NCBI GenBank assembly: GCA_037445065.1
Contig: JBBILD010000011.1
Span: forward strand, 80,505-144,504
DNA from: Myxococcales bacterium
Lineage (GTDB): Bacteria > Desulfobacterota > Binatia > HRBIN30
Length of the DNA: 64,000 nucleotides
Direction of reading: 5' to 3'
In this document: in pieces, positions 21,101 to 30,713 of the stretch
How positions within the stretch are numbered: position 1 is the stretch's first letter
Layout of the letters: each line of letters begins with the position of its first letter
Position numbers and translations under genes: made by a program
Notes under the pieces: generated by a model
What the model was told of the DNA's origin: nothing
The model's input: the letters and a program-made list of their open reading frames with translations, nothing else
Databases searched by the model: none

Positions 21101-21387
21101 CCGTTGCGGCCGCGGCGCGCCAACGAGCCTCCCCACAGGCCCCCGAGGCCGAGGCCCAGCATGTAGGCGACCAGGACCGTGCTCACGGCCCAGGTTGTGG
21201 ATCCAAAGGCAAGCCGCAGCCAACGGGTCCAAGTGACTTCCAACGCAAGGCTCGCCGCACCGGACAAGAAGAGCAGCGCCGCGGCCCAACGAACCCGTGT
21301 TTCAGAGCTGAATTGCGCGGGCAGGGCCGGCCGCACTACTACTCCAACCGGCGTTGCGAGTCGTGGCTTGGGCCTCCGCCAACTCAT
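18121..21387 (-). CDS. Multi-pass membrane protein fused to a spermidine synthase-like domain and C-terminal TPR repeats
   Basis: 1088 aa. N-terminal polytopic region with about 14 TM helices, a central spermidine synthase fold (VIGLASGVTAGS...DLIVSEPSNPW) and TPR-like repeats at the C-terminus. Confidence 0.8.
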   Translation of the reverse strand: MSWRRPKPRLATPVGVVVRPALPAQFSSETRVRWAAALLFLSGAASLALEVTWTRWLRLAFGSTTWAVSTVLVAYMLGLGLGGLWGGSLARRGRNGWLLYGLLEAGVGVYALLVPKVFSLAPLAQQAWFADWDFWSATLARFALAVVLLTPPTVLMGATLPVLVATVLGASGHGVGRGVGLLYGSNTLGAVAGVLAATFVLFPSLGLTRTNLLAATTDLAIAALAVLYCAKRTGEPSPAVGASPAAPRNARTTKPSKPVPAWLVATVYGSVGFCALAYEVAWTRSLAPTVGSSTYAFGTMLAAFLLGIAAGSLLIRRLADRLVNPLRTFATGLLALAIFGLTSSQLLHRLPDLQPWIFVFFGFSPSGVVASVLTASMLIMLALTVVLGTLFPLLVRALSSHLTAPAATGLLYFTNTLGSALGAFVTGFWAIPAIGLQRTILALATMNALASGLITRWCLDTDLRFRRALSSIALAIAVAVWAIPWPWDPQNLARGVFRFPLDEIDVGVGPQPLEGTKRSELLFYREGWNSLVSVHRVLGELGLRVDGKADASAHGDLPTQVLLGHIGVLFGSKPTRAAVIGLASGVTAGSLALHPNVQVDVIEIEPAMVPASHFFDSLNHRPLEQPNVRLVLDDARSFLAARKGSYDLIVSEPSNPWMSGAANLFTAEFFRSAREALSPQGKLLQWVQVYSIQPEAVAAILRALQVEFPYVYGFYTEPGSPDLLFLSSLEPLTAAGLPNFEEQPASVAADLQRIGVHATADLWSLLRLSPHATAALARRAPVPNSDDNMFVELSTPWSLYDTGALGHNWAVLRPLAEEIVNFWRNAFTGDEPARLATLGLAYLQQNELAIARQLLELARASGKAPENEALALALEATTAKEPGEARARLLPQLRMLGTLLPRSRVISLSLAEWELEQMNFSQALDAANTVLASWPGDLPAQRIRFEALLGLGRFQQAWGEAQRLLASPYALRNHELKVKAAQAAHQSGDLASAERLLWDYLEWYPDSPQEWETLADLYEKLGDRARGGMARRNAEQAKRNVVLELHQQARRLTLIGDRQGAAQRLRTAFLFAPDYTLAREELKALGEP

Positions 21388-21503
21388 CGGGCGTCAGTGT
21401 ATGGCCGCGCGGCCAAGAAAAGTCCACGCTGGTGCGCGCTCGAGACGCACATCTGGCTGCGGAGACGCCTTCGCAGCGCGAGCTGCTCTCCGAAAGAACC
21501 GGA

Positions 21504-23033
21504 TTACTGGCAGGCGAGCTTGAGGCTAATCACGACATCCCCGAGGTCTTGCCCCACTCCGGGGAGAGGCGTGGTAGCCACCAAGTGCAATCCCCCTAGC
21601 TGGCCACTGTTGAAATTGGCGCAACTTCCCGAAAGCGGCGCACCGGAAAGCGTGGGCCCGGCGAGGGTCGCCAAGCTAGGCGCCGGACTCGAACAAGTCT
21701 GACCGCTGGGGCAATTCGCATCCTCGATGCAGGAGCCGCTGCCCGAGCAGCCACCAGGAGTACTGATTGCGTCCTGCAATGACGCCGAGGCGGTGCCAGT
21801 CGTGAGCGGAACGAGCAGTGCTTGGGAAGAGGCGAGCCCAGCAGAGTCATCGCCAGTGCAAGGCTGTCCGTCCGCTCCCTCTCCGCCGCTAGTCACCACC
21901 GTGATGCGCAGTATAGCGAGCGCGACACAATCGCCCGCCCCCGTGGCGTCGGACCAAGCTTCCCGCAAGGCAGCGATGGTGGTACCCGGAAAGTCGGTAT
22001 CACCCCCGCCTGTGCCTGACACGGGAGAGCCAGGGCAAGCATCGCCGTTGCTGGCGAGGCGGTCTTGGCACAGGGACACATCGCGCGGCAAGTTGGTGAA
22101 GGGCGACGAGCAGGCACAAAAGCCAGCGACGCGCACGAGTTCCGCGCACAGGGTCTTTCCTCCCACAGTGACAGGTGGCAGGGAGCGGCTCGCCTCACCG
22201 GCCAACAAAACGCCTTCGCCGAGGTTGCCGAATGGGTACCCGAGACCCTGCAGCGTACAAAAGCCCAGCCCCGCTGCGGCAGGAACGGAGGCTGCCGGCG
22301 CACTGCCCGGGCGGTCAACCCGCAATCCAACATCGCTCGCACTGGTATCTATGGCGCAGGCGGCTTGGTGGCAATGCGAACTGAGGCGGCACAAGTCGGG
22401 CCGGCAACCGAGGTCGGTCAGCGGATTGCACGACGGCGAAAGTGTGCAGTTGGTGGCCGCCGTGCTCACACTGGTTCCCGGCGGTTTGCTCGGGGCACTC
22501 AAGGCTTCCCCCAACGCTGTCAAGAAGTCCCCTTGCATGGCAAGTTGCCCCCGGAGCGCGCGCTCGAAGGCGGTCGCGACTAACCAAACCTTGGCGAAAT
22601 CCCAGTCATGGACTCCCGGTGCGAGCGACCCGCCGGGCAAAAAACCAAGCTGGCGCAAATCGCTGGCGGTACACTTCGGAGTCGGGGTTCCGGTGAACGC
22701 ATTCTGTAAGGCAACGAAGAACTTGTCTCGCTCACTCTTTCCGCCGAGCACCTGGGGCAGGTCGAAGATACGATTGAGGTCTTTTTGGCAGCGGTGTGCG
22801 GCGAGGACGAGAAAGCCCGTGCCGGGCTTGGTCAGGTTCTTGACCTGCTCGCGGCGGATGGCATCAGCACACTTTTTGAGTGCGCTGGCGACTTTTGATT
22901 GAAAGAGGGCCGTACGTTTTTCGATTTCGAGCTGGCACTTGTCGATGGCAGCGTGCGCTGCCACGGGCAGGCCAAGGAACACGATGCAAAGGGCGAGGCA
23001 GAAACATTTTGGTCTCAATCGGCTTCGGCTCAT
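21504..23033 (-). CDS. Cys-rich secreted hypothetical protein
   Basis: Signal peptide MSRSRLRPKCFCLALCIVFLGLPVAAHA. More than 30 Cys residues and no recognisable catalytic motif. Confidence 0.5.
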   Translation of the reverse strand: MSRSRLRPKCFCLALCIVFLGLPVAAHAAIDKCQLEIEKRTALFQSKVASALKKCADAIRREQVKNLTKPGTGFLVLAAHRCQKDLNRIFDLPQVLGGKSERDKFFVALQNAFTGTPTPKCTASDLRQLGFLPGGSLAPGVHDWDFAKVWLVATAFERALRGQLAMQGDFLTALGEALSAPSKPPGTSVSTAATNCTLSPSCNPLTDLGCRPDLCRLSSHCHQAACAIDTSASDVGLRVDRPGSAPAASVPAAAGLGFCTLQGLGYPFGNLGEGVLLAGEASRSLPPVTVGGKTLCAELVRVAGFCACSSPFTNLPRDVSLCQDRLASNGDACPGSPVSGTGGGDTDFPGTTIAALREAWSDATGAGDCVALAILRITVVTSGGEGADGQPCTGDDSAGLASSQALLVPLTTGTASASLQDAISTPGGCSGSGSCIEDANCPSGQTCSSPAPSLATLAGPTLSGAPLSGSCANFNSGQLGGLHLVATTPLPGVGQDLGDVVISLKLACQ

Positions 23034-23196
23034 GCGCGGTCTCTCCCGGCGCGGTTTGTCCACAGAATTTTTGGAACCGGACGTCACCTTGCCTGAGGCG
23101 ATCGCAGGATGTCAAGCGTGATTCGGAGCCTCGCGGAACCCATACACCCGGGAGCGCTGGGATTGGGGAGTGGTCCGGGAAGTAGGATCGCGCGGC

Positions 23197-23673
23197 TCAA
23201 CTACCGAGCGCGATCTCCTCGACAAGTTCGAACGGCCGGTCCACGAATTGCAGATCTGCCACCTCGCCGGAGGCCCGCACCGTCGTCCGCCCCGCCCCTT
23301 TGGTGGCAATGGAGAACGTACAGGTGATCACCTCGCTATCGGCAGGCATCGGGTCCAACGAACCGGCGAGAACGGTGCGCACTCGCCCTGGTTCGGGCTC
23401 GAGGAAATGCAATTGTTTACCCGCTCGCGCCCCGTCGCTCGCACAAGTTTTGAGACGCAGCACCTGCGTGTCGTAACGGATCTCGCCGATCAGGGTGACA
23501 ATATCCCCGCCGCGGTTCAGTGCGCGTAAACTCACGCGCGCCTCGTCGCTGCCCGTGCGTTCACCGAACAAGCGCAGGTCTGCGTTGCGCGCGGGGTCCG
23601 GTCGGCCGAACTGCCACCACCAAGCTAGGCCCACGACGATTCCTACGGGAACGATCCAAAGCCAGCGCCGCAT
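23197..23673 (-). CDS. Membrane-anchored protein with a single cohesin-like module
   Basis: N-terminal TM helix (MRRWLWIVPVGIVVGLAWWW). The module is similar to the repeats of the upstream gene (VITCTFSIATKGAGRTTVRASGEVADLQF). Confidence 0.5.
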   Translation of the reverse strand: MRRWLWIVPVGIVVGLAWWWQFGRPDPARNADLRLFGERTGSDEARVSLRALNRGGDIVTLIGEIRYDTQVLRLKTCASDGARAGKQLHFLEPEPGRVRTVLAGSLDPMPADSEVITCTFSIATKGAGRTTVRASGEVADLQFVDRPFELVEEIALGS

Positions 23674-23677
23674 GACC

Positions 23678-25930
23678 TCATTCGAGCACGACCTGACCGC
23701 TGACGCCAGAGGCCTCGTACTCGGTGAATTGATCGTCCGCGAACGATGCTCTGCCGACCGACAGCGTAGCGGTGCCCTGCGCTTGGGCGCTGGTCGTGAA
23801 ACGGCACTGAGCAATGCGACCTGCCGGGAAGGGGGTCAAATCCCCAGCCATCACCAGGCGCAGCTCACCCGGCTCTGGGTTCCGAGTTTGGATCTGGGTT
23901 TGGGGGCTGAGGGCTTCATCTTTCGTACACTCGACGAAAGTGAGCACGTTGCCGTCCTCGTAGCGCACGATCAAGGGCGCGAGGGTAACCAAGTTCCTAC
24001 CTACTGGAGCCAACGAAATGTCCACGGTCACTTGGCCGCCCGAGGCAATCGCGTCCTGCAACGTCACGCCAGGCAGCCCCTCAACGAAACGCACACTACC
24101 GTCTATTCCCGAGGCAGAGAAGTCGTTGAACTGGTCGTCAGCGAGCTCCGCCCGCTCGAACTCCAACGCTGCCGTGCCGGTGGCACTTGCCACGGCAGAG
24201 AAGGTGCACTCGACGATTGGGCCTTCGTTGAGGGGAACGAGGTCGCCGGCCAACACGAGTCGCACCGTATCTGCTGCCACCGGGCTCGCGGTCACTTCTT
24301 TGCCGCGGCTCACGCCTACCGAGCGCAAGCAACGCCGGAAGGTCAAGCGGGAAGAATCGAAGCGGAATTCGAGCGGAGCAACGGTAACGATCTGGCGGAA
24401 GTTGGGCACCAGCGAGATCGGTACGGTGACGTCGTTGCCTGGTGCGACACTGACCGCCCCCAACACGACTTGCGGCGGCGCCGGGCCAGAAATGGTGATC
24501 GTGCCGGAGCGGCCGGTTGCCGCGAATTCTCGCTCCGCGGCGTCCGCAAGCTGAGCTGAGACAAAAGCAACCGTGGTCTGTCCGCTGGCTGTCACCGCGA
24601 TCCGGAACTGGCAGCGCAGGATTTCCCCGTCGGCGAACGGAACCAGGTCCCCAGCCAGGACCACGCGCAGCACCCCAGCCGACGGCGTGGCTGCGGCAGC
24701 AATCTTTCCTGCACTGACCGCTGGCGCCTTGTCGCAGCGTTCGAAACCGAGTTGGCTCGGGTCGTAACCGAGGATCAGGGGAGCCAGCGTGACGGTCGTG
24801 TTCCCGTTTTGTTGCAGGGAGATCGGCACAGTCACCACAGTACCCGCGGCGGCGGACACGTCGCCGACGGTGATCGCGGGCGGGGTCACTTCGGGCGTGG
24901 CCGTCGCCGTGGCGGTACTGGTGTGAGACGGTGTGCTGGAAGGAGTCGGGGTGGGTGTGACGGTCGGCACCTCGGTTTCGGTGGGGGTAGCCGTCTGAGT
25001 CGGGGTGTCGGTTGGCGTGGGGGAAACTTCCGGGGTGGCGGTCGGCGTATCGCTCGGGATCGGGGTGGCCGTCGGGGTGGCACTAGGAGGGGCAGTTGGA
25101 GTGGGGGAGAGCGTGCGGGTGAATGTCCGCGTGGGGCCGGGTTGCGTTGGCGTGTTGGTGGGCACCCGGGTGAAGGTGTAGGTCGGGGTTACAGTGGCCC
25201 CTTCCGTCGGTGTATGCGTGGGTGTGTTCGTGCGGGTGGGCGATTGTACCGGCGTGGCTGTGGCGATCGGAGCGATGAGTGCTGCTCGCACTGCCGCGTT
25301 CGCGCCAGCCTGGAGGAACGCATCATTGGCAGCGTCGGAGGCAGAACCACCGCTCACCGCACCGGGGATCTGGCGAATCACGCGATCGATCTCGATCAGG
25401 TCTGGGGTCGCGTAGCTGCACAGGCGCGGGCCGGCAGTGGCAAGGACCAGCCGCACCATCGCTTCGCTGATCGGGTCCACGTCCACGGGAGAGCGAGTAG
25501 AGGTGACGAACGCGCGCAGTGGCCCCGCAACAACGAGAAAGCGGCACGTATCCTCGGTTGAGTTTGCCGGCAAGGGAAGCTCGTACTGGCCGAGCGAATT
25601 GGTACGAGTCTCGGCCATCACCGTCTCCACGCCATCCGGCCGCCGGAAAACGAGTTGCACGACATTTCCGGCCCCGACGGGTACGAAGGAGCCGGAAAGA
25701 GCCTGCGCACTCGAACCGGCGAGTTGGTACAGAAGTTCCCAACGGCTCCTCGCCAGTTGGCCATTTGGGCTACGCACCGTGCCGCTAACTTTGACGCCGG
25801 GCGGTGGAGGAGGGGGTGGCAAGGTAAACCCGACGCTTGAGTCGCCACCACAACCACCCAACCACGCGAGGCTCGCAATCACGATGGGCAAGGCCAGCCC
25901 GACTGATATTTTTCGCTCCCGTCTCACCAT
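23678..25930 (-). CDS. Lipoprotein with four tandem cohesin-like modules and a long Thr/Pro linker
   Basis: Lipobox LGGCGG. Four roughly 130-aa repeats share V.VPISL...L.YD...L and C(Q/R)F...A.G(Q/T)T..L.F motifs. A 125-aa TP-rich linker is present. Confidence 0.65.
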   Translation of the reverse strand: MVRRERKISVGLALPIVIASLAWLGGCGGDSSVGFTLPPPPPPPGVKVSGTVRSPNGQLARSRWELLYQLAGSSAQALSGSFVPVGAGNVVQLVFRRPDGVETVMAETRTNSLGQYELPLPANSTEDTCRFLVVAGPLRAFVTSTRSPVDVDPISEAMVRLVLATAGPRLCSYATPDLIEIDRVIRQIPGAVSGGSASDAANDAFLQAGANAAVRAALIAPIATATPVQSPTRTNTPTHTPTEGATVTPTYTFTRVPTNTPTQPGPTRTFTRTLSPTPTAPPSATPTATPIPSDTPTATPEVSPTPTDTPTQTATPTETEVPTVTPTPTPSSTPSHTSTATATATPEVTPPAITVGDVSAAAGTVVTVPISLQQNGNTTVTLAPLILGYDPSQLGFERCDKAPAVSAGKIAAAATPSAGVLRVVLAGDLVPFADGEILRCQFRIAVTASGQTTVAFVSAQLADAAEREFAATGRSGTITISGPAPPQVVLGAVSVAPGNDVTVPISLVPNFRQIVTVAPLEFRFDSSRLTFRRCLRSVGVSRGKEVTASPVAADTVRLVLAGDLVPLNEGPIVECTFSAVASATGTAALEFERAELADDQFNDFSASGIDGSVRFVEGLPGVTLQDAIASGGQVTVDISLAPVGRNLVTLAPLIVRYEDGNVLTFVECTKDEALSPQTQIQTRNPEPGELRLVMAGDLTPFPAGRIAQCRFTTSAQAQGTATLSVGRASFADDQFTEYEASGVSGQVVLE
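24877..25261. repeat. Low-complexity Thr/Pro-rich linker-coding repeat inside the cohesin-like lipoprotein
   Basis: Encodes roughly 125 aa of PT/TP dipeptide-rich sequence ([28 protein letters not shown]...). Confidence 0.5.
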
Positions 25931-26137
25931 TCGATCCCCTCGGAAAATTGGCCGTTGGTACCCTCCCTGCGGTTCCATCGAGCGACAAACTGCTCAGCGC
26001 GCAGGCGCCAACGTGGCTACCACCCTGTCATGCCTTTCGTCAACCAGAAATCATCCCTCGAGCTATCGAACGAACTGCAAAGCTCGCTTTTCGCAACAGC
26101 CGCCCATGGGAAGGCAGAAAGGACATTTTTCCCCGGC

Positions 26138-26671
26138 CTATTTACGGTTGCGGTGCCGCTGGGGGATGGGGGACGGCGCGAAAGTGGCCTCCTGGACTTG
26201 AGATGCAAGTCTACGGTCAAAGATGGCAAGCCACCGCTTGGCTGGCTCACTGACCAATTTGGTTGAGGGCCACAACCAGGACGGTTTCTCACCGGAAATC
26301 GGCGGTGGTCCGAAACGCCGCTCGAGCGCCGCTTGCATCTCGTGAGCAGGGAGATCGTTCGCGTACACCAAGATCATCCATAAGCGGCCGTTCCAAAAGC
26401 GGAACTCCAGATCCACAGGACCAGGCAGGATATTGTCGTTCGCCTTCCACACAACGAACCGCCGGCCGCGTCCATCGCCCTTCGCGTCTGGCAGGGGTGG
26501 GAGTTCTTGGCTTCCAGGATACGCCTGGCGGAACTCTTCTAGACTCATACCGAGCTGTGCTTGGGCCCAACCAGTGGGTGCAGGTGTCTGCTGGGGGTCG
26601 GAATCCGCGAACGCTGGGCACGAACACAGCCACACTGCGGCGATGAACGAGAAAACTCGGCGACTGGGCAT
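26138..26671 (-). CDS. Secreted hypothetical protein
   Basis: Signal peptide MPSRRVFSFIAAVWLCSCPAFA with coding-like composition. No recognised domain. Confidence 0.45.
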   Translation of the reverse strand: MPSRRVFSFIAAVWLCSCPAFADSDPQQTPAPTGWAQAQLGMSLEEFRQAYPGSQELPPLPDAKGDGRGRRFVVWKANDNILPGPVDLEFRFWNGRLWMILVYANDLPAHEMQAALERRFGPPPISGEKPSWLWPSTKLVSEPAKRWLAIFDRRLASQVQEATFAPSPIPQRHRNRK

Positions 26672-26722
26672 GCCGCCGAAGCAACCAAAGGAGCCAAGGA
26701 TTGTCGAGGGCACCGCGGGCTT

Positions 26723-27076
26723 TTAGCCGCCGAGGGAGAGAGCGAACCAGGCGAACTTCGCGGACCAGGGAAGGAAGGACAGGAACAAATGGATGCCGGC
26801 AACGAACAACAAGGCGAGAGGAACGGACGCGTGCTGCTGGTAGCGGTGCAGCAGCAGGATGAAAGCGCAGGCGCATGCCTTGAACAGCAAGAGGCTGTTC
26901 ATCACTCCCAACTGCTCGAACGAGGCGACCAGCAGAGGGTTTGCCTCCCGCCACCCGAGCCGCAGCCCTTGGTAGGTAGCCACGCCGTCGAACAACTGTA
27001 AGGCGATGTTGAGGGCAAAGAGGTCCTGCACGTGTCTTTCCCCGAGCTTCGGCAGTGGGCCGGTCAGAGCCGTCAT
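26723..27076 (-). CDS. Small hypothetical membrane protein (about 117 aa, 3-4 TM helices)
   Basis: Its start ATG overlaps the stop of the upstream CoA-transferase (ATGA). Hydrophobic helices LLLFKACACAFILLL and LALLFVAGIHLFLSFL. Confidence 0.5.
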   Translation of the reverse strand: MTALTGPLPKLGERHVQDLFALNIALQLFDGVATYQGLRLGWREANPLLVASFEQLGVMNSLLLFKACACAFILLLHRYQQHASVPLALLFVAGIHLFLSFLPWSAKFAWFALSLGG

Positions 27077-28308
27077 GTCAGCACCCCGGCCTCTTTGAGT
27101 TGAGCGATGCGCTCGGGCGGATAACCGAGAATTTCTCGCAGCACCCGTTCGGTGTGCTCCCCCAAACACGGTGCCGGCCGCGACACCTGGCAAGGCGTTT
27201 CGCTCATCCTCCAAGGGATGCCAAGGTGCAGCTTGCGACCCACCTCGGGGTGGTCGAGTTCCACGAAAAAGCCGGACTCCCGCAAGTGGCGGTCCTGCGC
27301 GATGTCCCGACTGTCGTAACACGGGAAGCATGGGATTCCGGCTGCCTGGAGCTGTTCTGTGACCTCGCGCGGCGAGCGTTGGCGGGTCCAGGATTCCAGC
27401 ACGGCTTCGATCTCGTCCTCGTTAGCTTTACGCCCGGCTACGGTCGCGAACTTAGGGTCGTGAGCGAGGTCCTCCCGCCCCATCGCCTGCGCCAGTGCTT
27501 TCCATTCCACGTCATTGCGCACGGCAATGGCAACCCAGCGTTGTTCTCCTGCGCAGCGGAAAATTCCGTGCGGAGCCATGCTTGGGTCGCGGTTGCCGCT
27601 ACGTTCGGGTTGGGTCTGCTTCCAACCGTATTGGATGACTGCCTCGGGGATGACTGCAATCGTGGTTTCCCACTGCGATAGATCGATAAACTGGCCTTCG
27701 CCGGTTCGCTCGCGGTGCCAGAGAGCCGCGAGCACCGCCACCGCTGCGTGCAGGCCGGCGGTGGGATCTCCGTAAGAGATCCCCACGTGCATAGGCGGGG
27801 AGCCGCGGTAACCGGTCAGAGAAGAAAGGCCGGAAAGCGGAACCTGCGCGGGCCCATACGACACGTATTCGCGCTCGGGACCTGTACAGCCGTACCCGGA
27901 CATGGAAATCATCACGATGTCCGGTCGGACTTTGCGCAACTCTTCGTAACCGAGGCCGAGCCGCTCCATGACTCCGAACGCGAAGTTTTCGCAAACCACG
28001 TCCGAAACTCGCACGAGATCTTTCGCGACGGTGACGGCTTCCGGGTGCTTTAGGTTGAGCGCTAAGCTGAGCTTGCCTTGGTTGTACTGGTTGAAGTACC
28101 CGCTTCGGTTGAGTCCGGGCTGTCCCTCAGGCCACGGTGGCAGTAGGCGGGTCACGCACGGATGTTGCGCCGATTCGACCCGGATGACCTCGGCACCCAA
28201 GTGGGCGAGCTGCAAGGTACAAAACGGGCCCGCCCACACCCACGTGAAGTCTGCCACGCGGATGCCACCGAGTGGCCGCTCGTCCAGGTTCGCACGCGTC
28301 TCATCCAT
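27073..28308 (-). CDS. Family III CoA-transferase (CaiB/BaiF family)
   Basis: 411 aa. GIRVADFTWVWAGPFCTLQLAHLGAEVIRVE motif. Confidence 0.85.
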   Translation of the reverse strand: MDETRANLDERPLGGIRVADFTWVWAGPFCTLQLAHLGAEVIRVESAQHPCVTRLLPPWPEGQPGLNRSGYFNQYNQGKLSLALNLKHPEAVTVAKDLVRVSDVVCENFAFGVMERLGLGYEELRKVRPDIVMISMSGYGCTGPEREYVSYGPAQVPLSGLSSLTGYRGSPPMHVGISYGDPTAGLHAAVAVLAALWHRERTGEGQFIDLSQWETTIAVIPEAVIQYGWKQTQPERSGNRDPSMAPHGIFRCAGEQRWVAIAVRNDVEWKALAQAMGREDLAHDPKFATVAGRKANEDEIEAVLESWTRQRSPREVTEQLQAAGIPCFPCYDSRDIAQDRHLRESGFFVELDHPEVGRKLHLGIPWRMSETPCQVSRPAPCLGEHTERVLREILGYPPERIAQLKEAGVLT

Positions 28309-29491
28309 GGTTCGATCTTATCTCGGCAAAAACCTCGGCGTTATGCTCGCCCAGGCGAGGTGCTGGCCGGCGCAACTCCCAGCCCCCTTTTTGGAAACGG
28401 TACGGCGCGCCTGGAATAATGGCCGCTTTGCACGACGGCTGGTGGAGGACAGCGAAAAATCCGCGCGTTTGCAGGTGCTCCGAGCGGAACAAGTCGCCCA
28501 TGGTGGAGACCGGGGCCAGCGGGATCCGACGTGCCTGCCCCGCGCGGTACAATTCCTCGACCGACTGGGTTTGCGTCCACTCCGAAAGGAGCAGCTTGAG
28601 GGCGTCCCAGTTTTGGGCTCTGGCGATCCGATTGGAAAAGATTTCGAGCGCAGCCCAGTCGGGGTTCCCCATCAGCTCCACCAGCCGCTGCCACTGGTGC
28701 TCCTCCACACAACAGACAAAAATCCAACCATCGCGGCAGGGGAGAAAGTCGAGCGGCTGGATCGGTTTTTGGCCCAGGCGGGAGGCAATCAATCCCATGT
28801 ACGGGTAGTATTCGAAAGTGAGTTCCAAGATGGAAGCGACGCACTCCTGCATGGACACAGCGACGTGCTGTCCGCAGCCCTTGCGCCTGCGTGCAAACAA
28901 GGCTCCCAAGGCCGCTACGGCTGCGTTCAATCCGGCTTGGAATTCGGCTTGGTTGCCGAAGGGCTTCAATGGCGGCAGGTCATCGCTGCCGGGACCGGCA
29001 CCGTTCAGGTACGCCAATCCTCCTGCAGCCCAGGCCACCAGGTCTGTCGCCTGGTAGTGTGCATAAGGCCCTTGCAAGCCAAATGGAGTAATGGACACGA
29101 GGATCAAGCGCGGGTTTCCTTTGCGCAAGTCTGGCCAGGACAGGCCGCACCCTTCCATGAGAGACGGGTGAATGTTGTGCACGAGCAGGTCCGCGCCCTG
29201 AGCCAGCTCGTGCAGCCGCTCCTGGCCGGAAGCAGAGCGCAAGTCGAGAACCACACCGCGTTTGTTCGCGTTGAGATAAAGGAACAAGCCGCTTTGCTCC
29301 GGGTTGCATGCCTCGCCCGGGAATGGCCCGCGCCAGCGACACGGGTCACCTTCGGGAGGCTCGACTTTGATCACATCTGCCCCCAGGTCGGCGAGGAGCT
29401 TTGTTGCATAGGCCGCAGCGACCAGCGAACCACACTCCACGACGCGCAGGCCACTCAATGCGCCGCCAGCCATAGCGCCCGCGGTTAGCAC
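28301..29491 (-). CDS. Family III CoA-transferase (CaiB/BaiF family), tandem paralogue
   Basis: 396 aa. GLRVVECGSLVAAAYATKLLADLGADVIKVE motif. Overlaps the downstream paralogue by 8 nt. Confidence 0.85.
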   Translation of the reverse strand: MLTAGAMAGGALSGLRVVECGSLVAAAYATKLLADLGADVIKVEPPEGDPCRWRGPFPGEACNPEQSGLFLYLNANKRGVVLDLRSASGQERLHELAQGADLLVHNIHPSLMEGCGLSWPDLRKGNPRLILVSITPFGLQGPYAHYQATDLVAWAAGGLAYLNGAGPGSDDLPPLKPFGNQAEFQAGLNAAVAALGALFARRRKGCGQHVAVSMQECVASILELTFEYYPYMGLIASRLGQKPIQPLDFLPCRDGWIFVCCVEEHQWQRLVELMGNPDWAALEIFSNRIARAQNWDALKLLLSEWTQTQSVEELYRAGQARRIPLAPVSTMGDLFRSEHLQTRGFFAVLHQPSCKAAIIPGAPYRFQKGGWELRRPAPRLGEHNAEVFAEIRSNHG

Positions 29492-29599
29492 AGGGCGCTC
29501 GGGATCGCTAGCAACGATGCCGGCATCGTATTGGCGCTTGACAATCGGCGCGGCAGCGAGTCAGTTAAGCGGGCGACGAATACGCGGAAAGGAAGCTAC

Positions 29600-30361
29600 A
29601 TGAACGTGGGTTGCAGCAGGCGAGGGGTTGGCTGCGCGGGTCTGGCGCGACGGGTGTTTACCTGTCTGGTGGGATACTCGATCGGCGCGGCGCTGATCGC
29701 AGGCTGTGGGAGCGATGGATCCTCCGCGGTAACCGTGATTCGAGTCCCGACCCCGGGCGCCGGCGTGATCACTGGGATCGTGCAAGCTCCGAACGGTGTG
29801 ATTGCTGCTCCCCGCATTTGGGAACCGAGGTTTGCTTGGAGTTTGTGGTCGAGCATGGCCGAAGCGCTGCAGGGAGTGCGGCCGGTTGGCGCAGGAGTGA
29901 GCGTGTCGCTCAGCATGTTGGACAGTGCCGATTTTGCCGACGGCACCATTGACGCCGCACTCCCGCTGGTCGTAGACGTCGTGACCGAGGCGGACGGCCG
30001 TTACACGATCATGGATCCGGCCGCGGATGACGTAACTTCTTGCCGCAAGATGGTCACTGCTGGCACGGGCACGGCCGTGATGCGTTCTTTTGTGTACGGG
30101 CGGGAGATTCCGATTGACTCGTCGAGCGAGGCGCTGGTGCGGGTGGTGCTGGATTACGTCGCTGGCTCGACCTCACAACTCTGTGACTTCGACACGGCGG
30201 AATTGGTGCGCTTGCAGCGGAAGGTGGCCGATGTTGTGTTTGCGGCGCGCGGCAATTCTGTGGAAGAGTTGAACCAACGCGCTTACGATCTCGCCCGCAC
30301 GAATCGCTCCTTGCGTGCGGCGCTGGAAGAGGCGGCGCACACGTCCTCCGAAACGAACTGA
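29600..30361 (+). CDS. Hypothetical lipoprotein
   Basis: Start at ATG 29600 after a GGAAAGGAAG Shine-Dalgarno sequence. Lipobox-like LIAGCGS. Confidence 0.5.
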   Translation: MNVGCSRRGVGCAGLARRVFTCLVGYSIGAALIAGCGSDGSSAVTVIRVPTPGAGVITGIVQAPNGVIAAPRIWEPRFAWSLWSSMAEALQGVRPVGAGVSVSLSMLDSADFADGTIDAALPLVVDVVTEADGRYTIMDPAADDVTSCRKMVTAGTGTAVMRSFVYGREIPIDSSSEALVRVVLDYVAGSTSQLCDFDTAELVRLQRKVADVVFAARGNSVEELNQRAYDLARTNRSLRAALEEAAHTSSETN

Positions 30362-30428
30362 GTGTTCCAGCGTCGTACGGCGGAAGGCCCCGGGTAGGGC
30401 ACCTGTCGCCCCGCGGCTTCGGCGTTCC

Positions 30429-30701
30429 TTAGGCTTGCAGTTGCAAGCGAGAGCGAAGGTCCGCCGGCAGAACGCTGAGAAGCTCACCCACTTCTTGCGG
30501 TTCCGGCTTGAAGTGCCAGGCCGCCATGAAATCGGTGTGCGAGAACTCACTCCCTGGCCAGCGGGCAAACACGACCCATTTGTCCGTTTCACGGCGCAAA
30601 AGATGCACTTCTTGCTTGTCCGTGACCCCGATGGCTGCCCGTTCGCTCGGGGTCATCGCGAAGAGCACGTAGTCACTGAACTTGGTCGTGACAAAGAACA
30701 T
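30429..30701 (-). CDS. Hypothetical protein (90 aa)
   Basis: ORF with good coding composition, 13 nt downstream of the 239-aa hypothetical gene. Confidence 0.35.
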   Translation of the reverse strand: MFFVTTKFSDYVLFAMTPSERAAIGVTDKQEVHLLRRETDKWVVFARWPGSEFSHTDFMAAWHFKPEPQEVGELLSVLPADLRSRLQLQA

Positions 30702-30713
30702 GACCGCCTCCTC

